From: Lophium mytilinum
Taxonomy: Eukaryota
DNA length: 64,000 nucleotides
NCBI GenBank assembly: GCA_010093605.1
Contig: MU004189.1
Span: 875,834 to 939,833 of the forward strand
Reading direction: 5' to 3'
Numbering within the stretch: position 1 is the first letter of the stretch; every line of letters starts with the position of its first letter. The notes beneath the pieces were generated by a model. That model did not search any database and was not told the origin of the DNA. It saw only the letters and a program-made list of their open reading frames with translations. Shown piece by piece: positions 12,236 through 23,904 of this stretch. A program made the translations under genes and the position numbers.

Positions 12236-14044
12236 ATGCCCAAGGCCGATCGCGTGAAGCTATTGAGGCTGGAGGAGCTCAACGACGATGTTTTGGGATT
12301 GATCTTAGCAGAGGTCAGTTCTGCCATCATTAATTCAGCCGCCTTTATTTATGATTCTCTTTTCCTCGTTTTCTTATTCGTTATGTATTCTTCTTGTAAA
12401 TATTACATACTAAGCCCTTCAAAGCTCTATCACGAAGATAGCCTCTCAATACGCTCGGTTTCTCGTGTCTCAAAACGGCTGTACAGGGTATCGCTCCCAT
12501 GGCGATACCGCAGCGTCTGCGTCACGCTCAGAACTCCCCAGAGCATTTCTTCTATGCGACACTTATTAGCGAGCGAGTCGGTGCTACCGTCATTCATTCG
12601 TGAGCTAAGGATCGAAGGGCATCATGAGGATGATCTCTTGCAAATTTGGGTCCTCAAACTGATATCACGTATCTCACGGTTAGAAAATTTCTCTTGGGAT
12701 GAATGTGACGATACACCAACCGCTATCCTAGAATCTGTAATCGCAAAATGGCCCGACATTCGCCTCACTATCGATTCTGAAATGGGTTCCCTTCGGGCTT
12801 TTGGAAACAGCGCTGGAGGACCCTTCAGAGCGTGGGCATCATGTGGTCGTCTTCACACACTAACCGTGCGAATAACACCATCATTTCACGTTTCCGAGTA
12901 CTCCGAATTGAGATTCCAGCTCCTCCAAGCGTTGAAAGAGAGCCCCAACCTGAAGGTGCTCCAGCTCTGGGACCTTGCTGCTGTCTGGAACCTCGGCGAC
13001 CATCGTCCAAGGGGCCGGTTAGTCCCCGGCCGGTTAGTCCCCTGGGCTGTGGACTTTGAAAATAGCCTCGATCGTTTTCCGAGGCTTGAAGAGCTCTCCA
13101 TCAAAGGGTCCTGGGAGGCGTTGTTTTCACGTGAGGATCTAAAAGAGATGGGCTCGAGAGGGTTGTGGAAGAACCTGAAGATATTGAGGATCAAGCCTCC
13201 CGATAACATACTACCCTCTCTCCTTGGTTGCGTGCCGTCGCTGGAAGTCCTTGAAACATCCAGCCTTGATGACAGGCTACACTATTTGGATGAGTGGAAG
13301 TCCTCTCTCGCTCCACTGGGAGTCTTGAAAGAGCTTCAAATCGAAGGCCCCGATCTCTATTTTCCTCGGCTCGGCATAAGCCGTGTATCGGAAACGCTCA
13401 CTCACCTTACTCTGCATAACACGGACGGATTCGCTCACCATAGGGACGGCAGAGACATGCCAGCCCTTACCATAGGCAAGCGGGAATTCGGACCGTCCGG
13501 ATTCGAAGAAATAAACCAACTTTGTCCGAACCTGACTCATCTCACTGTCGACATGTGGCGGGAAGGAAAATGGCCGTACCCATTTCTTGATTCGCTCGCT
13601 CAATTCAAGAACCTGCACGATCTTAGCCTGTTCCTGGAGTATTCCAAACGCGTCGGAGGACGGCCGGCGGCCAGTCGAAATGCTTGCCGTCACCTATTTG
13701 AATATGTGCAAGCCCACAAGAATGGAAAGAAGCTCCGTCGATTGGTGCTCAAGGAGACTCCTGAAGCTGTCTATCACTACGCTGAATATCTGAGGAGTCC
13801 CATTCCTCACCCGACGCCGGTTCGGGATTTTGTTTGCGCAGTGACTTCCAAAGACGTGTTGTCAGTGCACGAGGAGAACTATCAGTATGTTTCAGGCCAC
13901 TACCTGTATACCAACGAAGAACCGGAGAAGGAAAGTGAACTGGAGTTTTCCTGGAATAGTCCTGCTAGTATCCGCGAATACTTGCATTGGAACTGGAAGG
14001 CGCGCAAGAGTGGACATGAGAGAATATGGAGGCAAGCTTATTAA
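12236..14044 (+). CDS. F-box / leucine-rich-repeat-like protein; intron 12314-12424
   Basis: After splicing, the N-terminus LEELNDDVLGLILAE|LYHEDSLSIRSVSRVSKRLYRVS is F-box-like. It is followed by LxxLxL segments (PNLKVLQL, PRLEELSI, PSLEVLET, PNLTHLTV). Confidence 0.75.
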   Translation: MPKADRVKLLRLEELNDDVLGLILAEVSSAIINSAAFIYDSLFLVFLFVMYSSCKYYILSPSKLYHEDSLSIRSVSRVSKRLYRVSLPWRYRSVCVTLRTPQSISSMRHLLASESVLPSFIRELRIEGHHEDDLLQIWVLKLISRISRLENFSWDECDDTPTAILESVIAKWPDIRLTIDSEMGSLRAFGNSAGGPFRAWASCGRLHTLTVRITPSFHVSEYSELRFQLLQALKESPNLKVLQLWDLAAVWNLGDHRPRGRLVPGRLVPWAVDFENSLDRFPRLEELSIKGSWEALFSREDLKEMGSRGLWKNLKILRIKPPDNILPSLLGCVPSLEVLETSSLDDRLHYLDEWKSSLAPLGVLKELQIEGPDLYFPRLGISRVSETLTHLTLHNTDGFAHHRDGRDMPALTIGKREFGPSGFEEINQLCPNLTHLTVDMWREGKWPYPFLDSLAQFKNLHDLSLFLEYSKRVGGRPAASRNACRHLFEYVQAHKNGKKLRRLVLKETPEAVYHYAEYLRSPIPHPTPVRDFVCAVTSKDVLSVHEENYQYVSGHYLYTNEEPEKESELEFSWNSPASIREYLHWNWKARKSGHERIWRQAY

Positions 14045-14595
14045 ATGTATCGGGGCCGTGGGCTTTTGCTAACGATCTAATAGACCTCGGTGGGTAGGGC
14101 GGAGACGCGTGGCACCCTAATGAAGGGGCTGATGTATTGTACTGTACAAGACCTGTTCCTCTTTCTCCGAACGTGCCACGGTGGATCATCAAATCGAATA
14201 AAATGATCCGAAGTACATGGGCTACTACAATTTGACTCGACCACCGCACGTTAGTGTTTACTAATGGCGTTGACTCTGTGTGCCATGTGTGGTCTCCGCA
14301 TGCAGAAGAAAGTAGTCACCAAGCTCCGGTCATGGATACATGAGCAATTCCCAGCAGTATCTGAGAGCCACTGCCCTTGGCGATGGATATAAGATTCAAT
14401 CAGTACCATAGTTATCCCCTTCTTCCTCTACAACATAACTTGCTAACCTACTAATCTATTGCTACGATCTTTCAGCGCCATTCCAATATCCGATACCGTA
14501 CATCCAAGTTTGTTATTTCATTTAAGACATCCAGCCCTCATCTTACAGATACCTTCTACGATCGCACTCATTTTCTCCGTCGGAGATAAATCAAG

Positions 14596-15291
14596 ATGGC
14601 CAATCCTTGGCAGTACTACTACCAGCAGAAGCCAGCGAACTCCGGCTCTCGAGACACTACCAGGGAGGAGGGAAGATGCTTTTACATCGCAGTTCATCCT
14701 TCAAACCCCGCAAATCCAACCGCAGTCCCACGGGGGGACTGGCAATATCCCCCTCCCCACAGCAATCAAAAACAGCGTTCGAACCAACCCTCACCGAGCA
14801 CATACGAGTGTATTCTGAGCATAGCTGTATACCAAACCCCCGGTAGCGCCGCTTACTTCGTCCCCGCTCAAACAGTCATGCCTCAATACCAACCCTTTCC
14901 GCAATCAGCTCTACCAGCGTATGCAAGCGGCAATCGTCCACACCACAGTGCACGCCACTTCGAGGACAACACGAGCGAGAATGCATACGCAGAGCAACGA
15001 GCCCATCTGGCAGAGATTCAGTCCGCACATGAACGTGGCAATCATCTCCGCACTGCTGCGAATCAACCAGGGGAAAAGGCCGTGGACAACGGAGATGTGG
15101 TCCGAGGCCCATCTTTGCAGCCAACGCCCGAAGTGATTCAAAGTCACAGGTACATCGTCGAGGAGCCTGGCGCTATTGAACCGGGTATCTCGAAGTTGGA
15201 TAGAGGAGGGGAAAGGATGGAATGGCAGCATGAAGTGGACCATAATGATCCGGGGAGACGTCGAAGAGGGTTAGGGCCTTTTCGTCATTGA
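14596..15291 (+). CDS. Orphan hypothetical protein (array unit A)
   Basis: 231-aa ATG-initiated ORF with TATAAG upstream at about 14388. The promoter weakly resembles those of units B-D. Confidence 0.55.
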   Translation: MANPWQYYYQQKPANSGSRDTTREEGRCFYIAVHPSNPANPTAVPRGDWQYPPPHSNQKQRSNQPSPSTYECILSIAVYQTPGSAAYFVPAQTVMPQYQPFPQSALPAYASGNRPHHSARHFEDNTSENAYAEQRAHLAEIQSAHERGNHLRTAANQPGEKAVDNGDVVRGPSLQPTPEVIQSHRYIVEEPGAIEPGISKLDRGGERMEWQHEVDHNDPGRRRRGLGPFRH

Positions 15292-16027
15292 GGGCGTCCG
15301 GAGTTTTGGAGGGTGATTTGGTGAAGAGAGTTTGCTGCTTTGTCTTATTAGGAGTCATTGGGGAGGCTGTGGTAAGGCTGCAGGTTGGTTTGTGAGGAGG
15401 TTATGGCGCAAGCGGATAGACTTCTTTAGGGTTTTTGGAGTGTATGGAGCATTTGGGACTTTTCTATTTTTCTAACCGTGGTTGTGTGACGGTGCTTGTA
15501 GCTATATTTACTTCTGCTTCTCTGATTCTCAACCTCCGAAAGATGCGCTTGAGCCAACAAGGCCGACCAAGAGCTCAATCTCAGTGCGCCCTCTCGTTAT
15601 GTATGATCCGGGGGACTCGAGAGGTATGATTGACGACGCATTGTAAAGCTAAATCCTTTGTCAATCGATGTGAGAGTGGTTTTCATTGCAGAGCTATTTG
15701 GCCATACCGCATCATGAGCAAGTCAAATTACTTTCGAAGAGTCATAGTGTTCAGCTCTTTGTGAGTACGAAACGTTCTCTACGTTTCTTCGAGTAAATTA
15801 TTCGTCTTTGTTGTCGCACACTACCTCTCAATCGACATCTTGCTTTCATATCTGTAACCTCAATCAAGGACTAGCTCTCCTAGCTAGGCTTCTAGGGACA
15901 CCTAGCATATCTCACACCAATACTATCTCCGATAGCCCAACAACGTCAGCTCGCTGAAAGACAAGAATCTGGAACGAATTACATCGAAGTGATACCGCAA
16001 GTATCTGTGGGAGAGCCATCCTGCCAC

Positions 16028-16528
16028 ATGCTTTCTCCGGCTCCGCGCGAATATTCATATCAACCAACATCTCCCTCCGGCTATGGCTATTCTTCAGCGC
16101 CATCTTTTGAGGACTCAACGCAACCTACGGCGCAGCCAACTTACGAAGCCCACGAGCCACGAAGCGCGATACGCCGAGAGAATAGTACAAGAATCGACCT
16201 CCGCGTTCGATTCGAAGAGCTCCCTGAGTCCGGCGAACGAAAACCTCAGGAACGACCCTCAAAGTCTTACGGAGAGCTTGAGCGCGCTTCGGCGCTTCGA
16301 AAGTTGGAGGAAACTAACGTCCATTTGGGAGAGTTGTGCGGTTTCTTCGTGCAAATCCGTCGTACCCTCAGACAGAAAAAGAAATCGACCACTGCGAGAA
16401 ATCTACACAAATCATTTCTGCGGGGAGTGGAAGAGCGGGAGTGGAAGACTCTTGCTTCTCTTAGTGAGGACGAGTTTGTAGCTTTATGGGTGTATTGTTT
16501 GATGCCATGTCTAGATGAGAAGAGGTAA
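16028..16528 (+). CDS. Orphan hypothetical protein (array unit B)
   Basis: 166-aa ORF from ATG 16028, with a disordered N-terminus and a predicted helical C-terminus. Upstream module at about 15605-15780 is paralogous to those of C and D. Confidence 0.6.
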   Translation: MLSPAPREYSYQPTSPSGYGYSSAPSFEDSTQPTAQPTYEAHEPRSAIRRENSTRIDLRVRFEELPESGERKPQERPSKSYGELERASALRKLEETNVHLGELCGFFVQIRRTLRQKKKSTTARNLHKSFLRGVEEREWKTLASLSEDEFVALWVYCLMPCLDEKR

Positions 16529-17009
16529 CATGGCGCCGTTTGGAGTCTGCTAAATGTACCGGGTGGGCCATCTGTGTCTCGTCTTTAGTACTGGAAATGT
16601 CCGTTCTCTTTTGAATTTGTGTCCCCTTATACTTTTGTTCTCATGCATCTTCGGTATAGCGACAGTGTTTTCGCCGTTCTTTAGATCCGGGTTTTTATAT
16701 CTGCGCTTGTACCATGTTCTTTAGCACTTCAAAGCACCTACTTAGTAACATCTTGCACCTTGGTATTATCCAATGAATATATGTACATTCTCATGTGACT
16801 GTTATGTTTACCCGCTGTAATCTCGAATCAAATAGCGGAGATGACTGCTGAGATTGTGCAGCAGGACCACTCCTACCTCTCAAACAACGATGACTTTACT
16901 CGACTCATGAATATAAGAAACGATAAGAAGGTTTCCACAAAAGATGCGCCCAAGCCAGCGGTCGGTTTCAAGACTCATTTCGCTGAGTCCTTTGTCTTGA
17001 CGATATCGA

Positions 17010-18510
17010 GGGGGCCCAAGATGTATGAGTGACGATGCAACGCACAGGTGAGAATGAGGTTCAACCACGGCGTAGGACAACTCATGTCGTTTCAAAGCCA
17101 CTTGGTCATATGGCAGCATGAACAATTTGTAACAGTCCCAAAGACTCACAAGTCTGGGGTCCGTGGCTATAAAGGGTCGATTTCGCGGCCCCAAACACTT
17201 TCTTCCTTATCATCCTCAACATCATCTCCATCCAACTCTTGATTGTGAACTCTCAGCGATCTATCACAACCAGAAAACCTATCTGCATCTTCAACAGACA
17301 CTCAGCTTCCTTCATACCATAATCCTCTGCGATTACGCTACATCCTGCACGCTCGACTATCAGCTTCTGCTAGACACTTGGCCAGCACAAACAGAGAAGC
17401 AGAAGAGATGAGTGATTACCATAAGATGTCGGAGAAGGCGAAGGACGGTGCAAGACGAGAGATCTGGAACTTTGTTCGCCCTAAGCCTGGGAAGATCCCC
17501 AGGTTATCTGAGGAAGCACTCATATTCTACCGCGCTGTTGATGGCTATGCTCGGAAAAAGCACAGATGGTGTGAGCACGACGAGCAAACGTTTTTATTCA
17601 ATAGGCATAGGCTCACACAGCATTGCTTAATACCGCCAGGTATCACGGAGCCGAAGGAGATACAGCGTTACTTGGGTCCGAAGGGAAGCCTCACGAAAGC
17701 CGAATGGGAAAAGCTCAAGGATTTTGTCCACAAGTGTGAAAAATTGGCATGAGTGGTCTTGTTAGGGTTGGATACTGTTTTGCGTACATTGTGTTTTCCG
17801 ATTCTGCTTTCCTTTATGTTTTAACGGCATATGTTATGGGGGTTGAGTAATGCTAAGGCCGGCGTGTTGCTTCGAGGTGTTTTTTTGATGCAAAGAGTGT
17901 TATTAGTTTGCATTCAGTTGCACGTGTAGCTATAGAATGCCTGTCCTAGTATGTGGCCGATGTTATCTTGGTTGCTTCATAAGCGCTTCTGCAGTTCCAT
18001 ACGGCCTGTGTGTTGTATATTCGGAGTAGACTTTGAACGACTTGCAAAGTGGTCTCGATTGACTAGAGATGATGCTTCCTGCGTGAAGTTCTAGTCATCG
18101 CTTTCTGAAAGACGTATCCGAGCCAGCGAAAGGATGTGTGACTGGATAAACGTGAGTAGTCTATCTTAACAATGTCAGTTAGCCCGAGAGGTATGAGTGA
18201 TAGTAAAACTCACAGGTATCAGGTTAAATCGCTAGGTAGGACTCACGTTTCTGCAGAGCCGCCTTGTCATGTCGCAGCAATAGTGATTCATAATGATTCT
18301 AAAGACTCATTACCCAAAGGTTCGTACATATAAAGAGAAGTTTTCGTTGCTTCGAACAACTTACTATTTACAACCCTACATCCTGCTTGCAAACTTGCAA
18401 CATTCTATCACCATCAGAAACCCCACCTCTTCAGCAAATACCCAACTTCCTTTATACCATAATTCTCTGCGATTACGCCACGCCCTGTATATTCGACGAC
18501 CAGCATTCAA
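17010..18510 (+). repeat. Duplicated promoter/5'-UTR modules (17010-17370 and 18180-18510)
   Basis: For example 17301-17357 versus 18441-18497 are 46/57 identical without gaps, including ATACCATAATYCTCTGCGATTACGC. Confidence 0.85.
17408..17752 (+). CDS. Orphan hypothetical protein (array unit C)
   Basis: 114-aa ORF from ATG 17408, TATAAA at 17168, shared upstream module. Confidence 0.6.
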   Translation: MSDYHKMSEKAKDGARREIWNFVRPKPGKIPRLSEEALIFYRAVDGYARKKHRWCEHDEQTFLFNRHRLTQHCLIPPGITEPKEIQRYLGPKGSLTKAEWEKLKDFVHKCEKLA

Positions 18511-18553
18511 ACATCAACCTCGGTATATGTTGGACAACAATCAAAACCCAACG

Positions 18554-19182
18554 ATGGACCAAAATTATTCGGCGCGGTATCCAAATGGCCATGGGTCCAT
18601 CTACGATCATTCCACGCAGTATTCAAATGGCCGAGAACATGCCGATTCTGAAGAGCCAGAACTTTCCGATTCGGAAGAGCCAGGTCTTTGCGGTCCTGAA
18701 GCTAGCGCGGAGAGTCGTAATACTCTCTTGAAGTACGTTTAGCCGCTGCAATTTACCCGCTAACTAAATGTTTCATACAACTAACATTCCTGTCAAGATG
18801 CGTTCCTTTAGTCCTCCCAAATCGTGAACTTGTCACTAAAATCAAATACCCTGGGGACGTTGAAGAAGACTTGGCCAAGATTCTGAACGAGGATCCGCGT
18901 GTTAAGCTACGGCCCGAAACGAAGACTTACCTCAAGGAATTATTCTCACGGATTCGTGATTCAGACCTGAAAGGTAAAGAGCCGACTATTGCACGCGTTA
19001 TACCGTGCGCTCAACGGTTATTGGATGTGCCACAGCTCACGGACTATCATGTGAGATGTCTTTGGGCAAGGTCGGGTCTGGCTGCAATTAAGGGATCACG
19101 TCGTTACGAACGCCTCGAGGCAAGACGTGAGAAGAAGGAACTCTTCGAGGCAAGACGTGCGAAGAAGGGTTCACGACACTAG
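18554..19182 (+). CDS. Orphan hypothetical protein (array unit D); intron 18733-18797
   Basis: An intron (GTACGT...CTAAC...AAG) joins ORFs 18293..18742 and 18871..19182 in frame. TATAAA at 18329. An alternative ATG lies at 18527. Confidence 0.62.
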
Positions 19183-19733
19183 CCGGGGGTTTGTGTTGCT
19201 GGTTGTCAATTTGTTGCTCTATTGCATCCTGTTCTTATCCTTACCTGGCATGGCAACGGTCTTTCTGTTGTTTTTTAGAGCGGCCTAAGGGCTCCTGCAT
19301 TCTCTTTTCTTTATTTACTTGGTACTTCAAATGTATTTCCTTGTGTAGTCTTTGCGCCTTGGTATTGATTAGATTATTATACATTCTTGCGTAGAACATT
19401 TGTCTTCGGGATGCGAGATAAATAGAAGTGATAGAGTAGTCGAGGTTGTGCCCCGGCGTTACTCAGATCTCCTCACTACTGCGCAGTATCGCATGACTGA
19501 GTTTAGAAGAACTGAAGAACGACGCAACACTCGGGCCCGCAGTGTCGACTGTGAGAGTAGGGGGTTAGAAAGCGCTGGGTAAAGAAGAAGAGATGAAGTT
19601 GAAGTTCTATTAAATCACGTGCGCTCTTAGCCGAACCTTGGCATCACTAGCGCGGCACACAACGAGGAAGGAAGAAACCTCGAATCGTAGCCACCTTTGA
19701 CAACATCACCACGTCGACGACCACGCCTTCAAA

Positions 19734-20681
19734 ATGTAAGAGCTCGCCCCCTCCCGCCATCTCGACATCTAAAGGATTCTGTGCAATGCATTTCTCGCAC
19801 TCCAGCGAACTCGCTGGTTCGCCACTCGGATGCATTCCCCCTCCAGCGCCTCCTTGACGACATCATGGACTCCTCACCCTCACGACAATCAACGCTGACA
19901 TCCAATTCTCTCACAGGGTCAACCTCCGCACCCAGAAGCGACTCGCGTCGTCCGTCGTCGGCTGCGGCAAGCGCAAGATCTGGCTGGACCCGAACGAAGT
20001 CAACGAGATCTCCAACGCCAACTCGCGCCAGACCATCCGCAAGCTCGTCTCCGATGGCCTCATCATCCGCAAGCCCGTCACCATGCACTCGCGTGCCCGT
20101 GCCCGATCGCTGAACGAAGCCCGCCGGATTGGCAGACATCGGGGTTTTGGTAAGAGGAGGGGTACCAAGGACGCCCGTATGCCCAGGTATGATACACCGC
20201 TCTCCCCATCACTTCTGGAGGATAAAAAACCTCGGAAGAAGCGCGTTATGGGGTTATGTTGATGGGTTTGGGATGGATTTTGATGACAGGACAATTTTGC
20301 TGATGCGGGTGATTGAATAGCCAAGTCATGTGGATGCGCCGTCTCCGAGTCCTCCGCCGTCTCCTCGTCAAGTACCGCCAGGCCGGCAAGATCGACAAGC
20401 ACCTCTACCACGAGCTCTACCACCTCAGCAAGGGTAACACCTTCAAGCACAAGCGTGCTCTCGTTGAACACGTACGTTGGCCATGACATCACGACTCTGC
20501 ACCTCGAAGCCCCCAAATTAACGCAATAATACAGATCCACAAGGCCAAGGCCGAGGCCGCTCGCGAACGGGCTGATAAGGAGTTGATGGACGTCAAGCGC
20601 GCGAGGGCGAGAGCGGCTCGCGAGAGGCGACAGGGCCGTGTGGAGGCGAAGCGACAGGCTCTGACTGCTGACGAAGAGTAG
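19734..20681 (+). CDS. RPL19: 60S ribosomal protein L19 (eL19); exons 19734-19735, 19917-20186, 20321-20471, 20535-20681
   Basis: [44 protein letters not shown]...[30 protein letters not shown], with canonical GT-AG introns. Confidence 0.97.
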
Positions 20682-21362
20682 GCGAGATGGAGATAGCGGA
20701 CGGACATGACAATGACAACCGGGCGTGTTTTCTACTCTCAAATCCATGGGGGTTCAGGCTCCTTTCTATTTTGGCATCTGCGGTTCATGCTTTCATGTAC
20801 GTCTGGGTCACTACAAAATGAGCTGAGGCATTCAGCATGTTCTCCTCGCTTTGCCCCGGACGCCGCAGTGGGCAGACCATAGTGTGCTTTGCCTATAAAA
20901 TAATGCGGATTGGCAAATACGATCGGCATGTCGCCAAAATTTGGGCTATTGATAATATATTGATTGAGGTGTATCCTAACTGAGCTCGAACGCCCGGATA
21001 TGAAGACTTGTCGCTATCGATAGCGACGATAAAAAGCCTATGGGATATTTCCAAGTACTGCAATCCTGCTACTGCCATTGCGCCACTTTTCCCAATCGCC
21101 CCGCTTTTGTGTGGCGCATCTCATACGTCCTCGAATAAAGATCAAAACGCCTAACCCGCCAAAGATCGCTTGAATGCCAGGAAGAGATGATATCGGGATA
21201 AAAAACCAGCCCGACGCCGTATATCAAAAGTGGAAATCGTAGAGGAATTTCCATCGCATCAGCCGTAGAGTGAATCCGCTAGTCTGGAGATCCAACGTCG
21301 CTTAAAATTAGATCTAAATCGGTAAGTTTGGCTCCTATCAAGTGGAGGTGTAAGTGATAAGA

Positions 21363-22662
21363 CTATACCAGCTTCAAAGCGCTCCGGTGAATGTTCCTCG
21401 TAAAGTTCAGCATAGCCCTGCCCTTGTTGTTGCCCCTCTGCAGCCTCCGATATGCCTCCTGCACATGCGACGGCTGTACAGGCTCGCGCGCCTCTTCCGG
21501 GGGATCGAATAGTCCGCTCTCCCTCTTGCGCTTCATACGGTTCTGCGGCTCGCCGCCCGTCTCCTTCTTGTACAAGTCTTCGGCATCCTTCACCTTGAGC
21601 GCCTCCTCAGTAAGCGTCTGCACGATCTCGAACGTCAGGAAACCCAGGATATCGATGATGTCGTCGTTCGGCTTGCTCTCAGTGATGATGCCGAAGCCAG
21701 CCCACTCCTTGAACCGCTTGCCCTTACGGAACGTGAAGGATGCCTGCCGGCAGTCGGACCAGTGGACATACTCCTCTCGCGTCATGTTCTTGGTGCGCTC
21801 ATCCGCGTTCTTGAGTCGCTGAAGGGTAGCGAAGTTCTGCTCGTCTTCCTCCTCGTCATTGTCGTCGTCGCGGGCGGGCACGAACTCGTTGTAGAACGAC
21901 TGCGGCTCCCACACCAGATCGACCTTCGCGCGCTTCGCCTTCTTGCCCGTCTCGACGGCTGGTCCGCTGCCGCCCGCCACACCCGCGATGTCGGCGTCGC
22001 CTGCGCCAATGTCGGCACCCGCATCACCGCCTTTGTCGTCGGAGTTGTCTTTGACGGAGCGACGGACGTCTTTCCATTGGAGAAAATGGCGTAGACGAGA
22101 GATCTTGGCGCGGTCATGGCGGATGAGCATCATGAGGTCGTCGGTGGAGATGGAGCGGGATCCGCGGCGGGTTGCGAGATTGGTGCATTCGCGGAGCATC
22201 TCTTGGACTTGCTGCTGGACGATTGACTCGATCAGGGTGGTGGTTTCAGCACTGGGTTCGCCGGTTTCGCCGGAGACGAACATCATCTGGCGAATGGTGT
22301 TAGAGCGGAAGCCTTCGAGCCAGGAGAACGTGTCGGTCGTGTAGGAGACCATGATTGTAAGAGCTATCAGAAAGAAGGAAAGTGGGTAAAAAGGGAATTT
22401 GTTTGAGGAAAGGAGGGTTACGAGGTTATCATTATATATGAAGTAGTGCTGAATGAGACGGGACGAGATAAAATGGAAGTGAAGAGCAGCGAGAGTAGGA
22501 GCAGTGAAGAACTAAGAGCGCGTTCACATTTAAAAGCAAGGCCATTCCCATATTCGCGAGAGTTCAAGCGAAAAGAAGATATCAAATGAATAGAGTGGAG
22601 CGCGCCATACTGACCTGCTGTATCTCCGTCCGGTACTTCGCTAGCTTGTCCTTGTCCGCCAT
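21363..22662 (-). CDS. SPT3: SAGA complex subunit Spt3; exons 22662-22615 and 22286-21363
   Basis: [20 protein letters not shown]..., [12 protein letters not shown] and [36 protein letters not shown]. Confidence 0.95.
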
Positions 22663-22897
22663 GATGAACAGTAAAGATCATACAGTCGCTAAATATCACT
22701 GTTATACCAACATAAAGAACAGCGGTAGACAAGTGGAAGGTGGAGGAAAGCCAGAGGAATGGAAAGATGAGGTTGAATGGGAGGCTGGTGATCGGACGCT
22801 TTGACCTTCTCACTAGCTCAGCCCTATAGCCTTCACCCCTCCGCCAAACTTTTTACATCACCCCTCATCGTCACAGTTCCAAATCAATACCCTCACG

Positions 22898-23904
22898 ATG
22901 CTCTACCTTGTGGGTCTCGGCCTGGCCGATGAGAAGGACATCACAGTCAAGGGTCTGGAAATTGTAAAGAAAGCGGAGCGCGTCTACCTTGAGGCATACA
23001 CGGCCATCCTCCTTGTTGAGAAAGAACAATTGGTATACTCTCCAGCTTCATATATTCGCGCGCAATTGCAAACATGCTAACTTACTTGCTATGCGACAGT
23101 AGGAAGCTTTCTATGGCCGTCCTGTCATAATCGCCGACCGCGAAATGGTCGAATCCTCCAGCGACGAAATCCTCGCCGGCGCAGACAAAAGCGACGTCGC
23201 ATTCCTTGTTGTGGGAGACCCATTCGGGTAATACTCTCTTCTTCCCCTTAAGATTCTTGCTATACACATTGGACGCCCTCAGATTGACCCGCATCTTTCC
23301 CAGCGCAACAACCCACACCGACCTCGTCCTCCGCGCCCGTTCTCTCTCGATCCCCACACGATCCATCCCGAACGCCTCCATCCTCACCTCCATCGGCACC
23401 ACCGGCCTACAACTTTACAACTTCGGCCAAACTGTCTCCATGGTGTTCTTCCTCGACAACTGGCGCCCGGCCTCTTTTTATGATCGCATCGCTGAGAACG
23501 TCAGTATTGGCCTGCACACCCTCGTCCTCCTCGATATCAAAGTCAAAGAGCAGTCGCTGGAGAACATGGCGCGGGGCCGAAAGATCTACGAGCCCCCGCG
23601 GTTCATGACCGTAGCGCAGTGCGCGGCGCAGATGCTGGAGATCGAGGAGGAGGTCAAGAAGGAAGGGGTATATACGCGGGAGTCGCTGGCAGTAGGCGTA
23701 GCGAGGGTGGGTGCCGTGGATGAGAAGATTGTTGCTGGGACGCTAGGGGAGCTGTGTGATGCCGATTTGGGGAGGCCGTTGCATAGTCTTGTGTTGCTTG
23801 GACGGAGGACGCATGATTTGGAGAGGGAGTTCTTGGAGGAGTTTGCGGTGGATAAGGAGAAGTTTGCGAGTGTGTGGAAGAGAGACTACGAGGGCAAGCA
23901 TTAG
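22898..23904 (+). CDS. DPH5: Diphthine methyl ester synthase; exons 22898-23032, 23103-23227, 23304-23904
   Basis: [48 protein letters not shown] and [14 protein letters not shown]. Confidence 0.97.

Noticed and set aside
20280..20305. TGATGA...CTGA in RPL19 intron 2 as a C/D box snoRNA
   Set aside because: The boxes are only about 13 nt apart, and the CTGA is part of the GCTGAT branch site.
19729..20747. Long antisense ORFs over RPL19 (similar ones over pac2, SPT3, P450 and COP1)
   Set aside because: They are shadows of strong codon bias on the real coding strand.
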